From the NCBI GenBank assembly GCA_051942205.1, contig JAVECO010000001.1:1-64000 (forward strand): DNA of 64,000 bases. The letters are read 5' to 3'. The stretch comes from Coniocarpon cinnabarinum. Lineage: Eukaryota. Below the pieces are notes generated by a model. It saw only the letters and a list, made by a program, of their open reading frames with translations, had not been told where the DNA came from and searched no databases. This document shows positions 36,092-49,700 of the stretch, in pieces. The position numbers were made by a program, and so were the translations under genes. Positions within the stretch are counted from its first letter, which is position 1, and each line of letters opens with the position of its first letter.

Positions 36092-36569
36092 CGAAGTCGA
36101 GTGCGCTTTTATTCGACGATGAGCTCGAGGAGCATCGTTCCTGCAGGAGATTGTTCGTGTAGATCATTGCGCGGACAAGTTTTGACTCAGCTGTACATAT
36201 TAGCTCGATATGGATATACTTCACAAACGAAAGACTCTCGATGAGTATTTCATCACATGTACTATCGGCATTTGATCTGAACGTGTTGAAAATCTTTGCC
36301 TCTTTCATTGCAATCTTCTTTCCACACTCTGCTGTCGTATGCATGAGCTGTCCCTGTGCGTAACAGTCTCGTGAAACATGAAACATTATCCACATCAATG
36401 CTAGATTCTCTCTGCTTCCTCTACTTCAGTATCGCCATAGCACTGTCCTGTAGCAGGATTATATTGAGCGCATTAATAGTCGACTAAAATACGAACTTTG
36501 TCCTCATCGGATCAAAACTTTTCCTTTCTCCTCCAAGTCGGTATCAGACCAGCACTACTTCATAGCAAG

Positions 36570-37095
36570 ATCACATTTCAGCATTCTTCTATCACACAGA
36601 CTTTGGCAGCGTCGCTAAAGAGCTCGGGTCGTTCAAGAAGTTGACAAGCACAAATGAGCGTGCTTTGCGGTGCAAGATATCAGCTTCATCCCAGCGCGCA
36701 CAAAACTTTTGTGCGTTAAGTTGTTGGAGCATTATCTTGAATGCTGTGCTCTTTGACGTCGCCGGCCATTGTTTTATGACGTCATTCTACTACAGGTCGT
36801 TCTCGCTCTCGCTCTCGTTCTAGCACGGGCATAAGAACGACATCGATCCCAGCGAGTCTTGATACTATCACAAAATACGATTAAAAAGATTGAAATTGTA
36901 GAGCTATTTCAAGCCTGTTCTTCACGCGGTAACTTTGAAATTAATCGGTTCAATAACACGACTCCTGTCGCGTCGTCAATTTCCCAAGAGCTAAACCACA
37001 CCAACCTGTATTCATCGAAAGACTCGGCCGGAATACGTTCACCGAAAGACTCGTTCAGAATACCACACAAGACCACCTCCTTAGGATCTTGTAGT
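36570..37095 (-). pseudogene. Probable degraded BTB/POZ-like gene remnant
   Basis: Minus-strand fragments VVLCGILNESFGE, EIDDATGVVLLNRLI, LIVFCD(K)Y (needs a 1-nt fix) and LLERPELFSDAAKVCV occur in the order seen in fungal BTB proteins. They are interrupted by stops. Confidence 0.35.
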
Positions 37096-37152
37096 CATTG
37101 AAAAAAGAAAAGAAGATCTCGCAAGAGTCCCGACCAGAATTGGAGCACCGTC

Positions 37153-38004
37153 ATGTCCTCACTCCGCCTCTCACGCCCCGCAACACTCCGCAACACAGCC
37201 CAATCCTTCTGCCACGCATTCATAACTCAACTACCATCCTCTCAAATCCTCGAAGACTATTTCGTCCCCGAGACGGCAAATCAGAAACCAAAAATCACGG
37301 AGCATGGACCTTCATGTGTGTGTTCCTGCCTCTCCTTCTGATGAACTCAATCTTGCGAGTAGTTGCTACGTTGCATGGTCAACTGTAGTCAAATGTTTGG
37401 TCGCAAGGACATGCCGCATGCGCTGTATTGAGCGTCTCGAGTCATTATCTGCTCGATATTTAAATATCATGAGCAGTAAAATCGATCTTATGCACTCAGC
37501 TGAGAGTTCAATGTCTAACGCACCAAAGGGGCAAGAGAACGCCTCCCCTTCCTCGGTCAAACATTCACCGGCCAGTCTCAATGCCAGCAATATTTCACGC
37601 TCCTCTCCCAGACCCTCTCCATCGAACTAAAATCCAACGCCTTCAAAGAAGAAGAACTAGTCGTCGACCCCGACGCCATCGCCTTCCCTTCTCCACCCTC
37701 CGACACCTCCAAAACCTCTCACACCTCGAATCCATCCACCACGTCCGGTCCCCTGAACACATCCACATCAAACGAGGACGACTCAAACGTCCAAGACAAT
37801 GAAAGACGAGGGATCGTCACAATAGTAGGAAGAGGTCGCTTCACCTCCCTCAAAACAAAAAGAGGATGGGACGAAATATTCACCTATCGATTGAGTGAAT
37901 TCGATGAAATGGGACGAATCGGCCATTGGGAGATTTGGGCGGATCCGTTGAGTGCTTGGGTTGCGGTGGGGGATGAAGATTCGGGACGGGAATTGCAGTC
38001 TTGA
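37153..38004 (+). CDS. Conserved fungal protein, probable NTF2/SnoaL-like fold, 212 aa, 2 exons
   Basis: Intron 37316-37528 (GTGTGT...CTAAC...AAG). The splice gives KITEHGPSWARERLPFLGQTFTG...WDEIFTYRLSEFDEMGRIGHWEIWADPLSAWVAVG. The coding frame of exon 2 is absent from the ORF track. Confidence 0.85.
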
Positions 38005-38421
38005 GATGCGGTTTGTGCGTCACGAAGTCCGTGATTTGGGGTTTTGAGATGCGTAAAGGGCTTGATGACACGTTTTTCGATGTCACATTCGTGGAGTATG
38101 ATGAATTGATTGGTGAGTTCGTGGCACGTGGCGATGCAAGGTAGATGGACGATGATGCCGGTCACGTGCGATGAGAATAAGTCGAGACGGGAGGAGAGCC
38201 CAGGTTCAAGCGCTTGCAGCTGAATTTGTCATGATGTAAGATGGGCGTTGCGTTCGCACAGCATCATATCTCGCACGATGGCACACAAGTGCTATAAAAG
38301 TGGTCAGATAGTAGTACATACAGTACTCATAGAACCTCAGTCTCCTCAAAAGCGACATGCTCAACCGACATTTTCAGATCGCAGCTCAACTTTCATAACA
38401 TCAAAGCCAGCGTCCACGCAC

Positions 38422-40046
38422 TCACGGCGTGGGCGGCGCCTCCTCCTCATCCACGTCCCCACCATCCCTCGGCAATTCCCGAATAGCGCTCTCAATCAAC
38501 TCGGCCAAGCCATCGATATCCGGCCGCTCTTTCGGTTCGACCTTCAAACACGCCCGAATCACCTCCTTGGCACCTTCACTCAACACCAAAGTATCGCCCT
38601 CGCCCTCCGCGGCACCAGCTCCACCGCTACTACGCCGTCCCCCGCCCGTTCCCGTCCGTCGAACCTGTTTCCGCCCTTCATCAGGGAATCGCCAATCCCC
38701 GCCGAGTATACACATCGTCAGACTGCCACCTGTCTCGTCAGAGCGGCGCTCGAATGGCGAGTGGCCGACCAGACACGCGTAGATGGTGCAGCCTAGGGAC
38801 CAGATGTCGACGGCGGTGTCGATGGTGGTGTTGACGCGGACGTCGAAGAGTTCCGGCGCGCGGTAGGGGAGGGTGCAGTGTTCGGCGGCGGTGTCTTGGA
38901 CTTGGAGGGCGTGGCTGCGGGAGGTGATGCGGGTTGGTGACGGTGCTAGAGAGCCGAGGTCCATGAGGATGGGGGCTTGGCCGGTGGGGGAGATCATGAT
39001 GTTGCCTGTGATGGCGTTAGCGATCATGCGCGGAATATATACGAGGAACCGTGCTTGTGGTGGGCGAGATGGAGAAGATCACATGAGAGCTGCTTGTTCT
39101 GTAGAAGGGAGACGTAGAGCCTGTGAACATACCTGGTTTGATGTCTCGATGTGCATAACTCCTCACTTCACCCGCCGCCGCATGACTTTGCTGCGTCGTC
39201 AACTCATCGTCCATCAAAGCCGTCGCCTCATTGTCGGGATCAGCGCCACTCGTCCTTCGCTTGCCCTTCCTCCTCTTGCTCGAATTGGGCTCAACATCTC
39301 CATTCGGATCCTCCCACTCCTGGTCCAGCGCATCTGGATCTTCCCCGGCCATGTCCGCGTCTGCTCTAACAGCCTCGGCGCGTATCTTCTTTGCATCTTT
39401 CGTCCCCTTGCCCACCTTGTATTGATGCATCGCCTTCAGCGCACGGCACACGCCTCGCATGAGCACCATCAATCTCCGCTCCGGGAACCGCGCTTGGTTG
39501 ACCAAATTGGCGTTGATGGCATCTTGCAAGTTGCCCCGCGAGAAGTAGGGGAGAAGGATATACACGGTCTTGCCGCCGGCGCCGGTGCCATCGTCTCCAC
39601 CGATGTTGCCCGAGCGCAGTCCGCCCCGTTTATCGTCGAGCACGGCATGGTCGATTGCGTGAATGATGTTGGGATGCGGCGTGAAGAGGGAGTAAGCTTC
39701 GACTTCGCGGAGGGCGAGCGCGACGGACTCTTGTCCAAAGGGACAGCGGATCTTCTTCAGGGCATAGAGTTCGTTGGGAGAGGTAGTAGATTGGACGAGG
39801 TAGACATAGGAGAAGCCGCCCTAGATTGGAGACGTGTTAGTTGGTGGTTGCAGTGATGTGGCATCTTCATCTTGACAAGCCAATGAGCCACGTCATTTGA
39901 ACAGTGAATGGACGTACTTCTCCTAGCAGTCTCAAAATCTTGAATGTGCGTCCATTGAGGCTGAGATTGGGCTCGCTGGGGAAACAGGACAAGCAGTTGC
40001 AAAAGGAGAACGCGATGTCAAGGAAGTAGGCGGACAAGGCGGACAT
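38422..40046 (-). CDS. ENV7: Ser/Thr kinase of the Env7/STK16 (NAK) family
   Basis: N-terminal Cys cluster (FCNCLSCFP), LLGE/GGFSYV, ALKKIRC, HRDIKPGN, DLGS and AEHCTLPYRAPELF. Two introns. Confidence 0.9.
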
Positions 40047-41046
40047 GTCAGAGATGGTATAGAGCCAGAGATGTTAAAGAAGGACAATGCGGCAATCCTG
40101 TCGATCCAGCGCTGCCTCACATTCAGACCGGTGAGCAAGAGACAGCTTCCCTAGCTCCACAGTTCGTTGGTGCTGATCGCGCGTCTGTATCACAGCGCCA
40201 AGCCTTGTTCCGTATCTAGAATGTTAGTCTCCGTCTAACACCACCCCAGTGCGACGAACGAATCGCAGTCAAAACAGGCTCAGCCAAGCATTGACAAGAG
40301 TCGGCGCGTCGAGCAGCCGCACAAACAAGATCCCTCACGCATTGGCCACGCGGAGGTGGAGCTGTTCGGAAGAGGCGGCGGAGGGGCACGTGCCTGAGTT
40401 GGAGGACGATGGAAGATCGCGGCTGATCAGCGTTGCGGGTTCCTTGCCGACCCGAGGTGAGGTTCCACAGTGACACTGTCAATGAAACAAGAGGATCGTC
40501 GTGATCAGCGCATGCACACGCAGTACTTGACACATGGAAAGGGCTACCGGGTGCTGGGTACAAGAGTGTGGACATGAGAATGGTGTGACAGGTGGAGCAG
40601 ACTGACAAGCTTCCGTATGGAAGATTAACCGGATGCGCAGTGCAACAAGAGACATGCAAAAACGAAACCAGTGTTGAACAATCAGTCTGCATTAGAATGC
40701 TCAATCCTCTATCATATCGTACATGTCATAATGAGCCCTCATCGCCCCCAGAGTGCGTACTCAATACAGGCAAAGCCTCCAGAATGTTTTCCCAATTGCC
40801 AGACCAGCCTCCCTGGCATATAAACTGCCATCTATACCCATGCATGCTTAGGGAAAGGGTATCAAATCTAGCGAATGACATGCAAGCGACCGAATGTGCT
40901 CTAGACCACGTAGTGACCTCATACCCACCCTGGCGAGGGTGACAAGAATTAGAGAGTAAGCGCCTACCGCCGCAATCTCACCCAAGAACCCGAAACGCCC
41001 ACGTGCCAGCGTATATGATCATGTTTAGCACCGGACAGTGGCTAGC

Positions 41047-42217
41047 TCAGTCGTCATCGTTTGAGCCAGCGCCATCCTCTTTGTGCACCTTCTTGTGTCT
41101 GCGCAAGTTCGACACAACGGAAAAGTGTCGACCACAGCCAGTGTGATCGCAAGCAAAAGCTATCACGACAATCAATATTGACTCACGTCCAGAAAACGAT
41201 CATTCGAACTTACGCTTCTCGCCAGTGTGACTATACATGTGAGTTTGAAGTGAACTTGGTCGCGTGAAACGCTTCTCGCAGATACGACATTTGTGCTTCT
41301 TCTGTGCACTCGGGCTGACCTTGGCATTGAACTGGTTCATCATGGCTTGTGGCTCTGGTGGGAAGCCACTGATCATCTGTGTAGGAGGAGGCAGTGGCCG
41401 GGGAACATCTTCAGATGCTGAACTGTAGTCCGTCACCGACGAGCCATCGACAGAATTTTGGTAAGATGAAGAGGAAGCGGCGTAGTATGGATAAGCGCCG
41501 TTGGCGCTGCCAGATGAGATTGAGGAATGATGTGAGTGCGCTGGCGCAGGGAATCCATAGGAGTCGCTGGAGCCCGCGCGAGCACCATACATATGACCTC
41601 GAGGGGTCATGTCGGTCCCATTGGCCATGGCGACCATGCCTCGTGAAGCAGCCATTTCGTCGCTGTAACTTGCTTGAGACGAGTTGGAGCCACTGGTGGG
41701 GATGTCAGTACACCAGTCAGAAGACAGATCTGGAAGAACATACGGGTAGGAGTCGCGTCGTTCAAGGTTCGAGCTGTATGCGTAAGGGTGCGAAGTGGGT
41801 ATTTGCTCAGGCGAGTACCTCGCCCCGGCAGTGGTTGCCGTGTACGAGGGATTCGAGGTGGCAGACGTGGTGTAAGAGGAGCCGTACGATCTTGTGGGAA
41901 CGAGATCTATGACTTGGCTGGTTAGAAATCACGGACCCCCTTGTGTAACACAACATCGGTCATGTCTCACCTGAACCAAGAGTGGAAGCAGCAGGGTTGC
42001 CCGCGTAGCCCATGGACACCTGTGGCTGCGTCTTGGCCATCGATGGGTGTTCCAGGGTCGTGGGCGAATCGTTGTAGTGAGCCGGATAGAGTGGGTTAGA
42101 TGGAGAACTGGTGACAGCAGACGTGTGCCAGGGGTTGGAGAATTGGGGATGAGCGTATCTGCTCTGCTCGTACCCCAATCCCCCTACCGGCGGGCGGTAT
42201 TCGACGGCCATCGACAT
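41047..42217 (-). CDS. flbC: C2H2 zinc-finger developmental transcription factor FlbC
   Basis: C-terminal fingers [54 protein letters not shown], plus ASRGMVAM...DMTPR...SYGFP. Two introns. Confidence 0.85.
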
Positions 42218-45200
42218 CCTTGCGGGCCGGTGCGAGATGGTGTTTGGGTGGTGACCGTGTGCGCCCGCGCAAGGTGTGTAGCTCGAAGGATCAACTAGAA
42301 ATTATGTAGAAGGTTTGTGGCAAGTACAGTGATCTGCCCACGAGGTGCGGCTGCACGGAGCCTATTAATGGTCCTTTGGTGTCGATCGAGCGTGCAGCCA
42401 AAAATAAAAATCAATGGATGTCGTGATCGACAAACAGATAGCTGGACAGGTAGGAGCGACCAGACGTCTCACCCAGAGCGTTTGTCATGCACACAGATGC
42501 CTTTCGGGCGGTGCGGAAGGCAGTGAGGTGTGATGGGGAACTTGCGTCCGCCGACAACGCTACTGTGTGTTGGATGGCTGTAACAGCAGAGGGTTCAGAA
42601 TGCCGTTGGGACGTTCCGAGACGGAGAGGATGGCAAGCTCTGGTGGAAGAAAAAGGGCCCGGCGGTCGCCAAAGGACGTGCGAGTATGCAGGGCTCCTGG
42701 ACCGGCGCAGGCGAGCAAAGCCAGGGAGAGCGCGGGTTTGGCCTGTGGCAGAAGACGCGTGGATGGGTGTGTGTGCGTGTGTGCTGCGGAATGCACCAGG
42801 GAGGCCCGAAGGAGGAATGATCTGCTGCAGAGGAGCACGCAGATTGGATGGCAGAACTGTCGAGATCGGCTGAAGATCGCGGGCAGTGCTGGAGAGGAAA
42901 TGCACAGCACGAGCAGGAAAAGCAGCACGTCGAAGACCACCAAATCCCAGAGCGGATCCAAGCTGTTTCTTATGCCCGTGGTGCCAGAAAGCAGGACGAG
43001 GAGCACGATGCGGAGCGTGAGGAGAATCAGGGACTCATCTCATGCAGGCTGCGCAGGCTACGTCGACGCCCCCTCCTCCCCCCAGGGCAAGCAAGGGCGA
43101 CATACGAATGCAAGTGCCAACCGCACGCTCTCCAGCGCGCTGCGAGGAGGACGGGGGAGGCGTCAAGCTGCTGCAACGGGAGCGACGCCGTGATGGAATT
43201 GGTCGACGCCGTCACGCCCGTGCCTGACTCGCTGCACCGTGCTGCACCGTGCCCGCAGGACGACATGACGACGGTGGCGCCAGGGCCGTCTGCTCGTCTC
43301 CTCCGCGCGCGCCCCCGTCACGGCGGAGCTCCTCTCCCATTCGTCTCTGCGCCGCCGCCGGCCTTGCAGATGGCGCATCAGAGCCTGCCCCGACCAGACC
43401 CTGAGCGCCCGCAAACGCCTGCGTGCTCCAGGGTCAAGGCCTCCTGCTCGCTGCCTCCTGTCTGGCTGTCGCTAGCCATCCTCCTCACGTCATCACGCCG
43501 TGCGAGACCACCCCCCTCGACGCCAAATCACGTTGCCTCGATGCGCGGCCGCTGTTGAATCTCAGCAAATCTGGTATGCCCTTATCATTGCGAGCTGGCT
43601 GCTGAGCAACTGTCTTGATTCATGCCCCCCTCGTCCTGCTTCCCGTCGCCGGCGGCCGACCTTTGAGCTTTCTGCTGTGTCGTCGTCCGAATTGCCCTGG
43701 GATGAGCCCCAGCGCGCCAGGTCAGAGCAGGCGCTGGGTAGCCAATGACACAATTGCCGCGCGATGTCACCTCAAGCCACAACGGTCACCGAAAGCCTTT
43801 CGGCTGTCAGCCCAAAACATGCTTATCTTTCTGTGGCGCCGTACGGCCCACTTGCCTCGGCGATCTCCCCCACATTCTGATGTATACCAGAGCTCAGTAG
43901 CATGCTAGTGGTGCACAAAGACGTTGCTGTGATGTTGTAGTCCGGCTCAGTAACGCTTCCTGTCAACTTGCAGAGAGGCATTGTAGCTGCACATGACAGC
44001 GCAAATGGCAATAAGCCCCTGAAGCATCTGACTCGCATGCAATGCTCGAAAGAGACATCACAGTCGTCTAGCGACCCGCCAACCGTCGGTTGAGGCGCTC
44101 CCGCTACACGGACGCCATCCGCGCTGCCTTCTAATTGGCGTCGTCATCATATCGCTGGTCCTGCACTTTCCCGTCGGTTCTGGTCTAGTGCCGCTGAGAA
44201 GAAGCCTCAATTTCGAGGATCATCAGAATTGTGCCTTACCCATGCCAGGTTTTGCTAATGCGCTTGCTTCATTGGCCAGCCGCCTAAAAGGGTGCTTGAT
44301 TGTGTATACTATTGACCAAGGTGATGGTACCGAGCAGAATTCCTCGGAAGAAAATTGGATGTCGTGGGATAGAGCTCAGAGCTCCCTGATGGTGCTGGTG
44401 AGCATCAGATACACACAGCATCGTCTGTCATATCGCGGCGGATGCTTAGGATGCTCTTTGCTTGAATGACGACAGTTGACCACGTGCGCTCCGCAATGAC
44501 GGTGATTGTGCAGCAGCTGCACATCGTTGCTGTAAAGACGATGCGTGCCGCGTGTTTGAGTGCATACATGCGAAACTGCACATCGCTTTCGCGTGGTGCT
44601 CCATCAGAGCGCACATGTCTCTGCGCAGGCTGTCACCCGAAGACCCACGTCGAGCAACTGGAAAGAGGCATGAAACATGAACATCGGTGGCAAACGTAAC
44701 GAGAGTCAACGGTGCCGCCCACAATGGGAGAGCTCGAGGCGCGCGGTAATCAATAGCGCCTACAGTGGGGGTGGTGACGGAAGGGCTTCCAAGATGCGAG
44801 CCTGAAGATGGCTTGGCGTGTTGGGCCCCGCACTTTGCAGCTCTCCCGAGCACCGAGTTTCGGCCTCACTAGTGTCACAGCCTGCTCTATCGGGTAAGCG
44901 TAGTCACTTGCTGCTATTGGTCTAGCTTCTTCCTAGCTCGTGTGCTGTCTGGAGGTCCACACGCATGCGCCGTGTGGTTGCATCGTGGCACCGTAGCCAT
45001 GACATTGTGGCTGAGAGGCTGTGTACCGGCTTTAGATTGACACGCCTCCTCGACACTGCTACACCACATTGGTTACAACCTCAACTGTGGGTTACTCGTG
45101 GCGTTGCTGCCCGTGTCGATGTCCTGTGGCATGTGCCTGACGCCCAGCCTCTTTCACGACGAGCATTGATTGTGTTTATGGTTCTCCATTCCGCTCTGAG

Positions 45201-45233
45201 GCCTTGTCATTTTAGGCCGGTTGTGCTGCAAAG

Positions 45234-46733
45234 CTATTGCGTATATCGAGGAACGCCGAGCGATTGGTGCATGTATTGAGGTGTTTGAGAATGATGGTCG
45301 CTTGTTGCATGCGCATTGAGTGCTGCTGTGCCATTGCCTGGGTTGAGGCGATCAGAGCGTCCCGGATACCTTGGGGGAAGCTCGTAACCATCTGTGCTCG
45401 GCCTGGGAGGAGAGTGGTTGGAGACCAGCCTAGCGTACGACGCACCTGCTTGTCCATTGCCCGTGTACAATCTTTCTCCTTGTGTTCTGGGGCGCGCGCC
45501 TTGCCCACGTCCTGTGCAAAGCTCTAGTGCATATTTGCCAGCTTGGTAACAACCGCCAAAGAAGTCTGGAAAGTATAGGCCTTCGAGAATCAGTCGAAGT
45601 CCTGAAACTGTCTGTGGCGCGGGTGTTGCTGTAGGGCGTGGCAGTAGCGCCATTCGCTTCTCTGTATACGGCAACCAACTGTACGCCCACACAAAGCCTA
45701 TGGCGGCAAGCAACATCTCGAAGGTGATCAGCATGTCGGGAAACCCAACCTCCCAGTCGTATAGCGAAATGTGTAGCGTATCGTCGATAGTATTCGTCCG
45801 GTCAAGAATGCCAATAACGAATTTCTGCAACGTCGTAAGGCCAACAATGCCTTTAAGCACCAGAAACTTGCGCAAAGCCCCGAACGGCTTCAGCTGCTTG
45901 TTGAAACGACGGCAAAAGCGTAGAAGCGCGATAATTGCGAGTGCTGTGCTGACGCCTTCGATGACCTGAACGACAACGTGGATTATCTCGTAGATGTGAT
46001 TTGTAGGACAATTTGCTGCAGACAGACCCTCACTCGCAATCGTCATCAGCACGAAAACGACTGGAAACTGATATACTCGGACATAGATCTGCTTGAACCA
46101 TTGAAGGCTACCGTCGTCACTGATTTTGTTTCCCTTGCGATCTTGCACATCTACTGCGTCGAAGAAGTTCTCACGTTTCTCACGGTCGGGTACTAACATC
46201 GTGACGAAGAGCTCAAACATTGCAGCCACCGCAACGGCTTCCAGTAACAATGGAACAGGATCAAGGTAGATCGCAGCGTCATAGTTCCACACGCCACCGA
46301 ATGCAAAGCTGGTAATGTGTAAGCTCAGTCCAACACGCATCATGGTGTCCTTGAGACACTCACAGCGACCATGACAATGGCAAAAGTAAGATGCGGAGTA
46401 TTCTAGAATCTGTCTAAGCAAATGGTTTAAATTCCTTTAGCTCTGTGTCTGGAGATGGAGACTCACAGTTTCTGCTCCCGATGGTTGCCTTGATGCGTTA
46501 GGTGCATGAAGGTCGTAAACAGTGATATGATAATAGCTGCGATGGCAAAGGCACCCGACATGACTATAATGAGCCGGTGGAAGGTCCACCAACTGCCGAT
46601 GATGGGCACTGTCGCAGCTTGTCACTGTTAGACACATAATGTTTCTAATAGGGAAGTTCCGGAACTCACGCAATTCATTGATGTGAACGCATTTGCTATC
46701 ATCATTACTGCTGTCTCTCGCGAACAGCGACAT
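45234..46733 (-). CDS. Organic solute transporter Ost-alpha / TMEM184-family membrane protein
   Basis: Multi-TM pattern with VYQFPVV, KFLVLKGIVGLTTLQ and LITFEMLLAA...WAYSWLPY. The 5' part is spliced. Confidence 0.8.
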
Positions 46734-49700
46734 TTTCTACAACTCAGCAAGACAGTAGATAGGGTAACGAAGGGGCACTTGGAAGGCACAAGTTGAAAAA
46801 GGAGAAGCAGTTGAAAGATGTTAAGCGATCGTCCAAGAAGCTGGCTTCATGTTCACTTATAGTACCACGTACAAGGACCTAGGACGCTCATCTTGTACCA
46901 AGTCGTAATGGGGAAAACCAAAGCTGTCCGGGGTTGACAGTCGGCTCCATGGCGGTGAAATTACAGTAAACCCTCAGCCATGCCGCATCTTACGATAATG
47001 GGCCATAGTCCAAGGAGATTCACCAATCCTAAGCCCTGGCAGCGGAACACACAATAGAACGCTATGGCTGAGCTGACAACGGGGAGGCACAAGATGTTTT
47101 CGGACAGTCCGTCAGAGGCGTGAAAGTGAGACTGTAGGAGATAGAGGAGAAAGTTGTGGCCCGAAGGTGCAGCCTTGTGAGAAGGAGTGGCTCAGTCAGT
47201 GTACGCTAGTCTTCAAGCAGAATAGCTCTTGCGAGACGCTTTCCCAAGAAGGGACTGCTGTTACGAACTCCATCAGTTGCTTTTTCGGGTTGATGCCAGC
47301 GAGCCAGTAAGAGACACTTCACAGATTGCTTCGTTCCATGAGCCCTGACACCAGCAACTAGGACTAGGTCCATTGACCAGGTCTAAGATTGACGCCGTAC
47401 AGCATTGATAATCTCAGCATTCAGCAAGTCTCGCATGCTGCTTTGTGCAAAAGACCTTCCGGAGTGGAGCTGTCAAGGCTTCGTCGCCAACACTCTCCTA
47501 TGCATTGTTCCGCGTTGCTAAAGCAGCTGCTTCAACTGAAGACCTTAGTACTCAACAGTTTTCCACTCTTTTCATAGCAAGCATGCTGCGCCTCTAGGTT
47601 TGATCTGCTTATTAGGTACGACCTAGTGCTAAAGAGACAGTGAGAGCATCAGGTCTCTAGCGAGTCTTTCAAAATTAATCTAAAAATAGAACCACCTATC
47701 GAGTCAGATATGTGGAAAAACCAAAGAAGCTTATTTCAGGAAGCTACGTGGAATTTACGGATCCAAAGTGTCAAAGCATGGCACCACCCTTCTTAGCAAA
47801 CATATCGGATGCAGTTCCGGCTCTAGGTCCCTACCACGATGCAGCTTCGTGTTCCCTAAATCGATGCTGATCACCTCATATGCAGGCCTCATTTGATCTA
47901 GCATCAAAAGCGCTGGGCCCTGAGTCCGCCTTCTTTCTCATATGTTCTTTTGCCGAAAGGATCACCACAACCGCTCTGAGCCTGCCGTTTTGGACTTTTG
48001 AAGAGATGTCGACGTTAAAGCGGGATACTGAACGATCAGGCTGATGAAGGATTCGGAAGGGCGAATCAGCTTCCGCAAGGCGGCACGGGCGGGTTGTAAG
48101 CCGGACAACGCGGAGCACGTGTAATATGTTTGCAGCTAAAAGCACATGAGTTGCGGCAACAGCGGCCTGAGATGAACCCTGCTCACGCGTAAAGACAGCC
48201 AATGTGACAGCAAGCACGTAGACCAGGCAAACCACGTAGACCATGATGCAAGAATGGTCTGCACCTAGTTCTTTTAGAAGCACAATCAAATCTATTATAC
48301 CAAGGGAAGAAAGGATTGAAGAAAATACGTTGCGCTTTTTCGGAACATTTTTGGCTTTATACTTTCTCCCCGGGGCTGTAGCTTCTAGATGCACAGAAAA
48401 AGAACCTTGGACGAAGATGACTTACTTTAGAAAATCATACTATGGAAACAAGGGAAAGGTAGCTTTCATAAGAATGCAGTCTTGTTTCAGGCAAATAATC
48501 CATTCAGAATAGATGCTATCATCGTTCTAGGTCTCCACACGCTGTCAGATTGCTGCGAAATGCTCGTTGGCCAAGTACAGCTTGTTTCCAACACAAATCT
48601 TTCAAAGTCTGCCAGAACCAAGCTCGTCCTCAAGAGTAGTTTCACTGACAGGCCATAATGCATTGGTGAGCCCGGAGAATGCTCTCTTAGCATTTTATCT
48701 TGAAAGCTGAATGTCAACCATTGTCTAAAAGGCTGCAGAGTTGACTTGCTCGAGGATAGCGATATTCAGAAAACAGCTGAGACGTCGACACGTTTACCAA
48801 CTCATTGTGGGGCGGGCACGGCCGACACAATCCTGTTGCGGATTGTCGACTGGTGCTATGTCTCCGCACGAGCGCACCATGCACATCATCCCGAGGCTTC
48901 CACATGGCCCTAATGGCAGATGATGAACGAGGGTACGTTACCGTGGATAATCCAGCCCACTCTTCAGATAATCGAAGCGGGAATGGCCGCTTTTACGCCC
49001 GTCTCATACCGCAGCAGATACCCGTTCTCGCTCTCAGTAAGAGATGAAAGCTCTTTCATAATAGGCCGATTATCGACACGGAGCTCAGGTTTCACGTTGT
49101 GCGCTCGTCGATCTCAGCGTCGGCCATCTCTTCAATAGCGAATTTGGCCGATGACTACCCCTGGGATACTTCAACTCCACCTTTGAGGGCTTTGCTTGAT
49201 GCATCCGTCAAAAGATCTTTGTCTAACTTGCAACGGGTCGCACACCAGTCCGATCCTACTTTTGACCACCTTGCGACTCCATTGGTAAACTCATCCAGAG
49301 GTCTGCAGCCCAACGACGAGAGTGACCTGTATACGCCGTTTCAAGCAACGCGGCTGGGATTTTTGTGTGCAAAAGTCGTGACAACCGCATCACTGCTGAC
49401 AGCATCCAGATTGATGCCTGTTGAATTTGTCTTCTCGAGTGTCAGTGCCAACTGTGAGACAACGGCCACAAGGGCTGCCATAGATGCTGCCGCTGCATTT
49501 TATTTTTCGACGTCGGCATCTATAAAACTGGAGTTTGCGTTTTGTTTTGCCAACACCGACCGCGCTAGCTCTGATTCTGCTCCGGCCGCGTCAGAAGGGA
49601 AGCGTAGGAAGGACGAGCGCCTGCTTCGATACAACGCTCGCATCGGCCGCCGCTGATACTTCCACCGCATTTGGTTGATCTCAATACTCTCAGTATCAAC

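Noticed and set aside
38873..39856. 327-aa plus-strand ORF
   Set aside because: It is the antisense shadow of the ENV7 kinase coding sequence.
42411..43558. Overlapping 128-236 aa ORFs on both strands
   Set aside because: They are explained by high GC content and scarce stop codons, with Arg/Ala/Pro-rich composition and no domain signature.
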